Shown one piece after another: positions 25,763 to 34,815 of a stretch of DNA of 52,676 nt; within the stretch, counting starts at the first letter, position 1; the number at the start of each line of letters is the position of its first letter. A program made the position numbers and the translations under genes. The notes beneath the pieces were generated by a model. The model had not been told where the DNA came from. It did not search any database and saw nothing but the letters and a program-made list of their open reading frames with translations. This stretch comes from an uncultured Candidatus Saccharibacteria bacterium (lineage in GTDB: Bacteria > Patescibacteriota > Minisyncoccia > Phycocordibacterales > UBA9973): contig CAZOLF010000001.1 of NCBI GenBank assembly GCA_964580855.1, positions 1 through 52,676 on the forward strand, given 5' to 3'.

Positions 25763-26539
25763 ATGCCAACATCAGAAAAAATAACTCCACAACAAGACAC
25801 TAATCCTCGAAAATCCGAAGGACGAATTTATGAAGATTATACAAACAACAAACTACAGATTGTTGACGATTTTGGGAAAATGCAGGCAAATCTCAAAGCT
25901 TTGATTGAAAAGAAGAGATCAGCAGAACAAGAAGCAAACAAAGCTTTACCTGAAGATAAGGACGAAGAACAAACAGTAGAGGATACCCCAGAAAAATCTG
26001 CCAAAAAAGAAGAAGAAAAGATAGAAGTTACCCCAAAAGAGGAGCCTCCAAAAATGATTACCTTCGCAGACCAGAAAATAGAGGAGGAATCGATCAAAGG
26101 ATTTTCTGAATCTATAAAACCAGAGATTTTAAAAGAAGAAGTCCTAAATAGTATACAAAAAGTTTTACTTGAAAATAATAAAAAAACTAAAGCGTCTCTT
26201 ACTGCATTTACTTTCAGACGAGGCAAGAATACTTATGCCATCGAAGCCGAGATGAAGATTAGTAAGAAACTTCTTCCAGCAATGAGTGTATCAATGGAGG
26301 CAGGAATTTTTAACAAAGGTGGAAATATTGAAATAGAAAATCCTGAACTTAGTGGAGTGATGATAAAAAAAGAAACTCGAAATTTTATTAATGAAATTTT
26401 CCAAAAGATAATACCACAACTCAAACAATCTCTCGAAGAGAAGATTCGAGTCGAACACCCTGGAGCAGAAATCAAATTCATGAATATAATCAATGAAAAA
26501 TTAGAAATCAATTACGAAATAGAAAAAAATTCTAATTAA
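25763..26539 (+). CDS. Hypothetical Lys/Glu-rich protein, no signal peptide
   Basis: 258 aa. The N-terminal half is E/K/P low complexity and the C-terminal ~110 aa look globular. First gene of the block. Confidence 0.7.
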   Translation: MPTSEKITPQQDTNPRKSEGRIYEDYTNNKLQIVDDFGKMQANLKALIEKKRSAEQEANKALPEDKDEEQTVEDTPEKSAKKEEEKIEVTPKEEPPKMITFADQKIEEESIKGFSESIKPEILKEEVLNSIQKVLLENNKKTKASLTAFTFRRGKNTYAIEAEMKISKKLLPAMSVSMEAGIFNKGGNIEIENPELSGVMIKKETRNFINEIFQKIIPQLKQSLEEKIRVEHPGAEIKFMNIINEKLEINYEIEKNSN

Positions 26540-26544
26540 ACAAA

Positions 26545-29160
26545 ATGCAAACCCCAGAAAACAATTCAAACCCTGAGGGGAAAAGGCTCTCGCCTAAAAC
26601 TGAAGAAATAAAAAACTATTTCCAAAATGAAATTCTTTCTCCATTGGAAAAATTAATTGCGGAGAGAAAATTAAAAGAACAAGCACTTGAACTTGCAAAA
26701 AAAGAAAAGAAAAGTGTCCCAAAAAAAAGGAAGGAAGTCATAGAACCTGAAATCAAACCAGAGGAGGTGATAGAGCCTACTATCAGTGAAGAATCCGAAA
26801 CAGCTCCAATCGTAGAAAATCCGAAAGACGAAATAAATACATCTACAAAATTAGATACCGCCAATTTGCCCCCTGCAACTCAAGACTTGGTAGAACTTCT
26901 TGGGGAAGAAAATGTTCAAGCCTCAATGGATTTTGTTGCACCTCTTTTAGTAGAAAAGGAAGAGGCTTTGAAAAAAGCGGAAGGTGAAAAAGAGAAAGCA
27001 CTGACTGCATTAGAGGAAGTTCACGAAAAGAAACCATACAAAAAAAAGAAATATAACGAACTCAAACAAGAAATAGAAGATAAATATGAAGATGCTGTAT
27101 CTGACATAGAAGCAGAATATAGAAAGAAATTCAAAGACTTAACAAATCCAAAAAAAACCAAAACTCCAGAAATTACAGTAGATGAAATTACAAAGGACTG
27201 GGAAGACTGGAAAAATAATCCAGATAATTTTACAACAACTAAAGGTGGCAAAGAAACTATCTCTGAAATAGAAGAGCTTGGATTTACCGCAAAATTTAAA
27301 ATGCTTGAAAATGGCAAGCCCACGTTTGAAAATACACCTAATAGCCAAGCAATGTTTGCTTATAACCCAGATACCATGCAAGTACTCCCAAGAAAAGAAG
27401 GCTGGAATTATGCTACAGACGGATCTGGACATTATTTTGAACATTACTATGGGCAACTTTTTAATATCCCAGAATTCAAAGTCGGTGATAAATTTGAAGA
27501 TTTCGAATTCACTCCTGCAACATTACACAAAGATGGCAGTATTGTAAAAGGAGATATGAAAAGGAAAATAAATGAAAAATTAAAAGAAGACGCAACAGAG
27601 ACTACTACAGTAGAAACAGAAAATGAGTCCCTCGAAAATAAAATAGCTGATATAGAAAGAAGAAGGAAAGAAGCATTATTAAGTATTAGACAGGCTATTG
27701 ATGGCACAGATAGAACAGAGTTTTGGACGGCCGTTATTGGAAAGGGAGTAGAGGGTGTACTGAGTGGAAAAACTAAAAAAGAGGTTGCAGAGAAAATTAA
27801 TGCTAAATACTACAAAGAATTAGAAGATTTAACGGGGAACAAAACAATCTCCAATATGATTAAGAGGGAAGAGGAAAATGACCGAATTGAAAACGAAGAA
27901 AAAGAAGAGCTGAAGCAATTGGAAGAATTAATCCAGGAAGGGGCAACTGCTAAAAAAAACACAAAGGCATATAAGGCATTTAAAAATCCAGAACTTTATA
28001 GAAAACAAATCAAAGATAAATTTGACGCACAGAGGAAAGTAGCTCTAGAATTGTATTCGCCTGTCGCATATGAATTCGAAGAAAATAAAAAAGGTCAGCT
28101 AAGGAATCTTTATACTATTATGAAAAAAGCTGAAGATGAAAGAGACCAAGAATTGGCGCAAATTGATCAAGACGAGAAAGAGTTACTCGATGCCGAAGTA
28201 AAACGTGCAGGATTAAATAACATAGATACTTATGAAAAATTTAACAAATTCCTAGAGAACAACTTAAAAAATCCAAGCTCAGTCACAGCGCTTGATTGGA
28301 TTAAAGAAGCGTTTGATATAAAAAGAAAAGAAATAGAGGATAAATCCCCAACACAGACAGATAATGCAATGTTTGATTTTATAAGAGAAGAAGAAAGTAA
28401 GAAAAAACCAAAAGTAGAAAAAACCAAAAAGGACGTGGCGGGTAAAAAAAATGAGTTGAAAAATAATATTATACAGCCAGCCAACAAAGATTTTTCTGTC
28501 ACAATCCAAAAAGACCCTACCAAAGAAAAAGGAGTTTCCCCGATTATGACAGTCGAAAAAATTATAGAGAACTACCAAAAAAACCTAGAGGAACTAGAGG
28601 AGCGAGAGCTCGCAGAAAGGGAAAAGTTAGGATTACCAAAGCAGATTTACCCAGTTGATAAAAAGTGGGTCAAGTCGCTTAATACTCTGAAGCAACGTTA
28701 TGTTGAGGAAAGAGGGAAAATAGGCGAAGCGTATCGTAAAGAGCTTGGCAAATTAACAAGGAAGAATGAAGTAGGGAGCCAGAATAACGCAACAGGCTTT
28801 GTCCCACTGACCGAAGAACAACTATCGACAATGACTCCGAAGGAAATTTATGAATATGGATATAAATACAAGCAATACGGTGTAAATAGCCCTGAAGTAA
28901 CAAACGCAATTATCAGGGAACTCGATAACAAAAAAGGAGGGGTAAACAAAAAAGTAGAAAATAAAAATAGAAAAACTTCTTCCAAAATAGAAGGAGGGAA
29001 AGTAAGTCCTCGAATAAAAGCATTGGTAAAATTAGACATATCAGAATTAATGGAAATTGAAAAATTGCCTAAAAATGCACCCAACAGGAAATCTCTAGAA
29101 AAGGAAATCGCCGAAAAATATGCGACATTAAGAGACGAGGTAAACACAAATGTATTCTAA
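26545..29160 (+). CDS. Hypothetical 871-aa Lys/Glu-rich coiled-coil protein, no signal peptide
   Basis: Uninterrupted 2.6-kb ORF in AT-rich DNA. N-terminus NPEGKRLSPKTEEIKNYFQNEILSPLEKLIAERKLKE is paralogous to the N-terminus of ORF 29190. Confidence 0.8.
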   Translation: MQTPENNSNPEGKRLSPKTEEIKNYFQNEILSPLEKLIAERKLKEQALELAKKEKKSVPKKRKEVIEPEIKPEEVIEPTISEESETAPIVENPKDEINTSTKLDTANLPPATQDLVELLGEENVQASMDFVAPLLVEKEEALKKAEGEKEKALTALEEVHEKKPYKKKKYNELKQEIEDKYEDAVSDIEAEYRKKFKDLTNPKKTKTPEITVDEITKDWEDWKNNPDNFTTTKGGKETISEIEELGFTAKFKMLENGKPTFENTPNSQAMFAYNPDTMQVLPRKEGWNYATDGSGHYFEHYYGQLFNIPEFKVGDKFEDFEFTPATLHKDGSIVKGDMKRKINEKLKEDATETTTVETENESLENKIADIERRRKEALLSIRQAIDGTDRTEFWTAVIGKGVEGVLSGKTKKEVAEKINAKYYKELEDLTGNKTISNMIKREEENDRIENEEKEELKQLEELIQEGATAKKNTKAYKAFKNPELYRKQIKDKFDAQRKVALELYSPVAYEFEENKKGQLRNLYTIMKKAEDERDQELAQIDQDEKELLDAEVKRAGLNNIDTYEKFNKFLENNLKNPSSVTALDWIKEAFDIKRKEIEDKSPTQTDNAMFDFIREEESKKKPKVEKTKKDVAGKKNELKNNIIQPANKDFSVTIQKDPTKEKGVSPIMTVEKIIENYQKNLEELEERELAEREKLGLPKQIYPVDKKWVKSLNTLKQRYVEERGKIGEAYRKELGKLTRKNEVGSQNNATGFVPLTEEQLSTMTPKEIYEYGYKYKQYGVNSPEVTNAIIRELDNKKGGVNKKVENKNRKTSSKIEGGKVSPRIKALVKLDISELMEIEKLPKNAPNRKSLEKEIAEKYATLRDEVNTNVF

Positions 29161-29189
29161 AAATTAAAGCAGTTGAAAAATAAATTATA

Positions 29190-29771
29190 ATGAAGAAAGA
29201 AAAGCCCCAAAAACCAAACCCAGAACTAAATTCTTTAAATGAAAAGAAAGAGGAAATAACTGCACATTTTTATAATACATATATTGGCCCTTTGCAATGG
29301 ATGATTGAGCAAAAGAAGAAACAGGAAACCAAAGCTCATATAGAAGAGGTAAACAAAATAAAAGAAGAAATTGAGCAAGCTCGAGATAATGAGTTGCGAA
29401 GTGATCCTCTGAATTCCGAATTTGCCGACAAGCCAAAAACTAATGAATCTGACAAGGTACATAAAACAAAAGCTGATATCTACTTTGCCAACCCCATAAA
29501 ACACCTAGAGGGGATACTAGCCCAAGCCAACAAACAACTAAGTAAAGAAAAATCTCGCACCATGGCCGAAGAAGTTATCAAAAAATATTCCCCAATACTA
29601 CAAAGAGTTAGAGAGATAAATTTAAAATATGACAATATGTATGTAGAAGCAGTGGAAAGCCAGAAACTTACAGCAAAAGAAGCAGCCGCAATATTGACTG
29701 AACTCGAAAGGATAGGACCAGAAATAAGAAAGTCGATAAAAGAAGTGGAGAAGAAAAATTTGCAAAAATAA
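29190..29771 (+). CDS. Hypothetical Lys/Glu-rich protein, no signal peptide
   Basis: N-terminus NPELNSLNEKKEEITAHFYNTYIGPLQWMIEQKKKQE aligns without gaps to the N-terminus of ORF 26545. Confidence 0.7.
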   Translation: MKKEKPQKPNPELNSLNEKKEEITAHFYNTYIGPLQWMIEQKKKQETKAHIEEVNKIKEEIEQARDNELRSDPLNSEFADKPKTNESDKVHKTKADIYFANPIKHLEGILAQANKQLSKEKSRTMAEEVIKKYSPILQRVREINLKYDNMYVEAVESQKLTAKEAAAILTELERIGPEIRKSIKEVEKKNLQK

Positions 29772-29821
29772 GTCAACACCCCAGATCGTGCTTTAAGGCA
29801 CTATCTGGGGTGTTGACTTTC
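29772..29821 (+). terminator. Intrinsic terminator splitting the Lys/Glu-rich block into two transcription units
   Basis: Perfect 15-bp stem: gtcaacaccccagat (29772-29786) pairs with atctggggtgttgac (29803-29817), followed by ttt. Confidence 0.75.
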
Positions 29822-29841
29822 ATTTACAAGTGTTAGATAAT
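29813..29841 (+). promoter_or_regulatory. Sigma70-like promoter overlapping the terminator's 3' arm
   Basis: TTGACT (29813-29818), 17 nt, then GATAAT (29836-29841), within TGTTAGATAAT (compare TGTTAGAAT at 18743 and 35174). Confidence 0.45.
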
Positions 29842-29908
29842 ATAAAGCGTTCATAATAATCACTAAAAGATTACACTAAATTAATATATAATATTGGTAC
29901 ATAATAAT

Positions 29909-31153
29909 ATGGCAAAAGAACAACAACCTAAAAGGAAGTGGTCCCCAGAGGAGATAAAGCAAATCATCAATGATGGTGGTGTGTTTAAAGGCAAAGAATT
30001 GAGTTCAGCTGAACTTGAAGAAGCCTTGAACTTGTCTAAAGTTTACGAGGCAGAAGCCCTCGCAGAAGCAGAAGAAAAATTCATAGAAGATACAAAAGAA
30101 AATGAGCAGGAAGAAAACAAAGCTCCAAAAGAATCAAAGAGACAAAAGAAAATCCGCGAACTAGAAGAAAAACTTGCCAATTTAACCCCAGAACTTACTG
30201 CTCTCAAACTCGAACAACAAGCTGACCTAGAAAAGATAGAGGAACTCAAAAGAAAAATCCAAGAGCAAAAGGCGAGTGGTGCACCACTTACTCCGGCAAC
30301 TCCAGAACCGAACCCCGTAGCAAAAACAGGCAACAAAGCAGAGGAAACATATGGATATGAAGATACAAGAACTCCCCGAGAAATATATTTAGATCAATCC
30401 TCAAAAAGAGCGGAGCAGAGCTTTGGCAAAAACTGGGAAGGTATCAAACAAGTGGACAACCACTACGAAGCATTTTATTATCCAGAAAAGGAACTCAGTG
30501 GAAGAAGCATTGAGCCTATTTTAATACATGGATCAACCACGGAGGAAGTATATTATAAATTAAAAGATAGATACGATGCAGAGTGGAGATTGCTTGCCGG
30601 CCAAGGACCAAAAATACTAGAAGACTTGAAAAAAATAGGGAAAGAAAGATCAGAAAAAATCGCAAAGTCTAATGCGCGCGTTATGCCAATACGATGGATT
30701 CTAGGCCAAGCTAAAAAAGCAAAAGAGAAGACTAACCAACAAATTAATAAAGAGCAAGATATTAAAGTAAATGAGGCTGAGTACCCATTTATGTATTTTG
30801 CGTATGACAAAATAAATCCAAAACTTCAAATCTACCCCCGCGACTTTACAAACAAAAATGGGGAAGATCCCGAATACATGTCTGGTATGATTTTTTCCAC
30901 AGCATACACGGATGCTCCAATCAATAAAAAAGTGGTAGAGGCAAATGATATTGTAGAATTTAACCCGCTAGGATTCTTTGTAGTAAGAGATAAAAGATCA
31001 AAAGAAGGTGAGCAATATGGCGTTGTTGGACCAGATGGAACTCTCCTTACAAATAAAATGGACCTCGAAAGTGCCAAAGCTTTCCTTAAAGACGAAGTAC
31101 TCGAGTATCGGAATAAATTAAAAGAAGAGTTTTTGCAAAAACAAGTTGATTAA
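29909..31153 (+). CDS. Hypothetical Lys/Glu-rich protein with a C-terminal globular domain, no signal peptide
   Basis: ORF 29894..31153 (TTG start) trimmed to ATG 29909 (MAKEQQPKRKWSPEEIKQII...). Confidence 0.75.
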   Translation: MAKEQQPKRKWSPEEIKQIINDGGVFKGKELSSAELEEALNLSKVYEAEALAEAEEKFIEDTKENEQEENKAPKESKRQKKIRELEEKLANLTPELTALKLEQQADLEKIEELKRKIQEQKASGAPLTPATPEPNPVAKTGNKAEETYGYEDTRTPREIYLDQSSKRAEQSFGKNWEGIKQVDNHYEAFYYPEKELSGRSIEPILIHGSTTEEVYYKLKDRYDAEWRLLAGQGPKILEDLKKIGKERSEKIAKSNARVMPIRWILGQAKKAKEKTNQQINKEQDIKVNEAEYPFMYFAYDKINPKLQIYPRDFTNKNGEDPEYMSGMIFSTAYTDAPINKKVVEANDIVEFNPLGFFVVRDKRSKEGEQYGVVGPDGTLLTNKMDLESAKAFLKDEVLEYRNKLKEEFLQKQVD

Positions 31154-31184
31154 ATTAATCCTTATTAATTAATATATAAACTAT

Positions 31185-34100
31185 ATGGCAGAAAAAACAC
31201 CAAAATCAAAAGAAGAAATCGAGCTTGAAAATTTGCAAAAAATAGTTGCAGACAGGGCAAAGACTATCGGCAAGAAAGAAACAGATGTCCACAAAACAAC
31301 TATTGAACTCAACAAACTAAAGAGAGAAGAGAAGAAGGAAAATCCTCCAGAAAAGATTGCCGAGGAAGCTCTGGAAGCACTCAAGAATGAAATGATAAAT
31401 GCCCGAAATGAATACGGCACAAAGAAAGTAAACTACGATAAAACAGTGAGCGGAATAAAGAGTGCAATGCACAAACTTGGAAGCTTTTTGGGTCTGCCTA
31501 AAAATCAAAATTATGATATCGTGCACAAGGCCGAGCAAGTGTATTACGACAAAGCTCGAACATATCTTGATGCATTTACAGACAATCTCCAAGCCGAACA
31601 TTTGGAAAAAACATTTGGAAGCGATGAAGACAAAGCAAAATCTCGCGCAGAAGTAGACCAGAAGGTTGCACAAGAGGAAGCCCTTTATAAGAAACTTCGC
31701 TTTGATAAAAAGGATGACATGTTCCAAGAATCAACAGAACAAAGAGCAGATGCGATGGATGCGAAAGATATAGCAGAAGGAAAAGAACCTAAGAAAGGAA
31801 ACTTCTTGAAAAATTTGTGGGCAGGATTGCGGAGTGGAGCCAAAAAAGGAATTACTGAAGGTATGGATGGTGAAGCCCCTGTAGATGGTGAAAATGAAGA
31901 AGAAAAAGGTAAAAAGAAAAAGAAAGGCAAGGAGGAATTGCCTCCTGTACGCATACCAGAAGCCGAGCTTGAAACCCTCCGTGGTGAGATAGATGCTCTT
32001 CGTGCAGACTACAATGTTAAGCAATTTACTTACGATCAAAAAAATAATTTAATAACTAGGTTTACTGGTAGACTTTTTAATGCATTGGGGGTAAACACAG
32101 ATTACAAAGAAGTAGATGAAGCAAAAGAAGCCTACTTCGAAAAAGCAAAAGAATATGTGGAGAAGTTTACTTCTGACAAAAAAGCTCAGCATTTGGAACA
32201 AACATTTGAAACCGAAGATGCACAAATCACATCTCGAATGCTGACAGAAGATGCAATAGAGGCAGAAGTAGCAAAATTCAAGAAGTTGAAATTCGAAAAA
32301 GCATCGGAAGAATACCAGAAGATGCTTGATGAACGTCATGCGAACCTCGAGAAGAAGGATGCAGAAGCTGGCACTCCAGGCAAAAGACCAGGTGTACTCC
32401 TAAAAGCACTCGGGGTAGTTGGCAGAACATTAGGAACAGGAATGGATTTCTATAAAGCGATGGGAGACTGGGGATTCAATATATATACAATGCGAGACAA
32501 GTCCAACTTGCCAAGCAAAGAAGAAATAGATGCTTTACTAGCAGATGCAAAAACTAATAAGGATGAAGCAAAAAGACTAAAAGGCGAGGCTAGAAATGCA
32601 ACAGGTGCAGACAAAGAGAATCTAGAAAGAGACGCTGAAGTTTTGGAAAAAACAGCAAAGACTCTCGAAGAACAAGCCAAGGGTAAGATAGTTTTCCAAT
32701 ATAAATTTGGACAACTCGTTCGAAACCTTGGTTTTGGAGCACTAACAGGAGTAGGATTCGTAAGTGTAGCATCTGTGGGGACTCGAATAATTCGTGGTGT
32801 TGCAATACAGATGATTTCATCAAAAGTGATCAATAATCTTGAAAAGAAAAATGCTGTTCAAATGATTGCTTTTGAAGAACAAAGAGCCGAAATCGAACAG
32901 AAGTTTGCTCAAGATCAAAATGAGGAAGAGCACAATCATGCACTCCGACTTTTGGATGAAGCTATTAGTAAGGTGAAGTCCCGACATGGCTACAAACGAT
33001 TTGCAGTCCTAGGATTATCAATGCTTGCCAACTATGGTTCTGCAAAACTAGGAGGTGATGCCTTGCTTGAAAAGGGTATTGATTATACAAAGTCTGGTAT
33101 TCTTGGCATGTTTAGTGGAGATACAGGTGAGGCAACTCCAACAGAAACAACCACAACAGAAACAGAAGAAACTAAAACACCAGAAAAGACAAACAAACCT
33201 GTAGGTCCTAGACTAAAAGATACTGCTCAAGCAGTAGACCCAGACACAGGTAAACTTATTCCAAATCCAGTTACTATCCAAGACAGCACAGCAACAGATT
33301 CTTTGAACTCTGGAATTGGAGGGCAAGACACAACTTCAACTGATACTATTAAATCTGGAATCGGAGCACAAGATAGTACATTAAATGATACTCTAAAAAA
33401 TCCTATTGCTGGACAAGATACAACAGTACAAGACACATTAAAAAATATTAAAAATGGTATTGGCTCTAAAGATACTATTGGTTATGATACAACACAAGTT
33501 ATCAAGCCAATCATAAATCAAGATACAACTGGATATGATACGACACAGGTAATCAAGCCGATAATGAACGGCCAAGACACCACTGGATACGACACAACAA
33601 AGATAATTAAACCGATTATATCTCAAGATACTACTGGCTATGATACAACTCAAGTGGCAAAACCAATTATCTCTGGGCAAGATTCAACATCTGTTGATCC
33701 TACAAACACTGGAGGCACTAAATTGGAACAAGATGCTGGTAGTAACCCAGACAATGCAACAGAAGATCTTCCTCCACACAAAGCTATCGAACCAATCAAA
33801 GTCAGTAGTGAAGGAGCAGGAGCTATGATTCAAGATTTGAAACAAGCATTGGAGAAAGAGTACCCAGATCCAGCAACACGCCCAGAAAATATTGATCATA
33901 TAATCAAAACTCCACTTTGGACTTTGGCACAAGAATGGGGAATGTTTAACCCTGAAAATGCAAAAGAAAGTATGTTTGTATTAGAAGGTTCAACTATAAG
34001 TGTTGATGAAAACGGAGTGGTAAGTATCCACGACATCGGCAAGGGCGATGATACAATCATTTCTGGAGAAAATAATGTGAAGTGGCATGAAGGAAGAATG

Positions 34101-34784
34101 TTTGATTCCGATCACAGTGGAGCTCGAGCATCTGAATCTGGAGCCGGAGTTAAGGGTACAGAATCTACCGAGAGCGGTTCTGGAAGTGGAGATCCTCTAG
34201 ATTACACTCCTCCTGATGAAAGTGAATTTTATCAAGATGGCGCTGAAAATAATACAGAAGGCGAAAGTGCACCACTGGAAGAGACCCAGAAACCTAGCAC
34301 ATCTACATGGGAAGATCTAAACAAACAAGAATCAAATGTTGATAATTTCCACCAAGGAAGTAACTTCTATACAGAAGGCTCAACTAACACAAGCCCTGAT
34401 ATCGACCGACCACTAAAAACAATCAACCCAGCTGACGTCCCAGGAACTCCAGAATATACAGCAAGCCACCCACCCGTACCACAAGGAGACCCATTTGAAA
34501 ATACACCACAATTCAAGCAAGAGAACTTGAAGTTAATCAACGAAATCTTCAGTGACAGAACAAATGGAATTTCAGATGAGAATGGTCTATTTACTGAAAG
34601 CTGGAGGAAATTGAAGGATTTGAAGATTATTGATGTGGTAGATAGAGGTAGTCAATATCCTATCTATGTACAAGATGAAATCGATAAAATCGTAAAGTTA
34701 AATTATGAAACTGGTGTGCCGTACGGAGGAAAAACAGTTGAAGAATATTTGGCAAGTGTGGCCAAGAATAAGCTTGGAAAATAA
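31185..34784 (+). CDS. Hypothetical 1199-aa protein: duplicated coiled-coil module, two central hydrophobic segments, Thr/Asp/Gln-rich tandem repeats, C-terminal globular region
   Basis: Uninterrupted 3.6-kb ORF. Hydrophobic segments at about 32725-32815 (LGFGALTGVGFVSVASVG) and about 32998-33055 (FAVLGLSMLANYGSAKLGG). Confidence 0.85.
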   Translation: MAEKTPKSKEEIELENLQKIVADRAKTIGKKETDVHKTTIELNKLKREEKKENPPEKIAEEALEALKNEMINARNEYGTKKVNYDKTVSGIKSAMHKLGSFLGLPKNQNYDIVHKAEQVYYDKARTYLDAFTDNLQAEHLEKTFGSDEDKAKSRAEVDQKVAQEEALYKKLRFDKKDDMFQESTEQRADAMDAKDIAEGKEPKKGNFLKNLWAGLRSGAKKGITEGMDGEAPVDGENEEEKGKKKKKGKEELPPVRIPEAELETLRGEIDALRADYNVKQFTYDQKNNLITRFTGRLFNALGVNTDYKEVDEAKEAYFEKAKEYVEKFTSDKKAQHLEQTFETEDAQITSRMLTEDAIEAEVAKFKKLKFEKASEEYQKMLDERHANLEKKDAEAGTPGKRPGVLLKALGVVGRTLGTGMDFYKAMGDWGFNIYTMRDKSNLPSKEEIDALLADAKTNKDEAKRLKGEARNATGADKENLERDAEVLEKTAKTLEEQAKGKIVFQYKFGQLVRNLGFGALTGVGFVSVASVGTRIIRGVAIQMISSKVINNLEKKNAVQMIAFEEQRAEIEQKFAQDQNEEEHNHALRLLDEAISKVKSRHGYKRFAVLGLSMLANYGSAKLGGDALLEKGIDYTKSGILGMFSGDTGEATPTETTTTETEETKTPEKTNKPVGPRLKDTAQAVDPDTGKLIPNPVTIQDSTATDSLNSGIGGQDTTSTDTIKSGIGAQDSTLNDTLKNPIAGQDTTVQDTLKNIKNGIGSKDTIGYDTTQVIKPIINQDTTGYDTTQVIKPIMNGQDTTGYDTTKIIKPIISQDTTGYDTTQVAKPIISGQDSTSVDPTNTGGTKLEQDAGSNPDNATEDLPPHKAIEPIKVSSEGAGAMIQDLKQALEKEYPDPATRPENIDHIIKTPLWTLAQEWGMFNPENAKESMFVLEGSTISVDENGVVSIHDIGKGDDTIISGENNVKWHEGRMFDSDHSGARASESGAGVKGTESTESGSGSGDPLDYTPPDESEFYQDGAENNTEGESAPLEETQKPSTSTWEDLNKQESNVDNFHQGSNFYTEGSTNTSPDIDRPLKTINPADVPGTPEYTASHPPVPQGDPFENTPQFKQENLKLINEIFSDRTNGISDENGLFTESWRKLKDLKIIDVVDRGSQYPIYVQDEIDKIVKLNYETGVPYGGKTVEEYLASVAKNKLGK
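31362..32390 (+). repeat. Intragenic duplication of a module of about 140-170 aa
   Basis: ...AEHLEKTFGSDEDKAKSRAEVDQKVAQEEALYKKLRFDKK... aligns with ...AQHLEQTFETEDAQITSRMLTEDAIEAEVAKFKKLKFEKA.... The preceding ALEALKNEMINARNEY aligns with ELETLRGEIDALRADY. Confidence 0.6.
33480..33689 (+). repeat. Four in-frame tandem repeats of 51-54 nt
   Basis: GYDTTQVIKPIINQDTT, GYDTTQVIKPIMNGQDTT, GYDTTKIIKPIISQDTT, GYDTTQVAKPIISGQDST. Degenerate QDTT/QDST copies extend upstream from about 33290. Confidence 0.85.
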
Positions 34785-34815
34785 ATTATTAATAATTATT
34801 AAAAAATAAAAATAT

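Noticed and set aside
33290-33689. CRISPR-like or other non-coding repeat array
   Set aside because: The repeats are in frame within a 3.6-kb ORF and have no unique spacers. They diverge mainly at synonymous positions, so they are coding tandem repeats.
25837-34000. Numerous 60-140-aa minus-strand ORFs rich in Ser/Phe/Leu inside the Lys/Glu-rich genes
   Set aside because: They are antisense to GAA/AAA/AAG-rich codons (giving TTC/TTT/CTT), which removes stop codons on the opposite strand. The + strand ORFs are far longer and contiguous.
31185-34784. Phage tail tape-measure protein or prophage interpretation of the 1199-aa protein and its neighbours
   Set aside because: Coiled coil plus central hydrophobic segments resembles a tape-measure protein. 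But no terminase, portal, capsid, tail, integrase or lysis cassette is present anywhere in the window.
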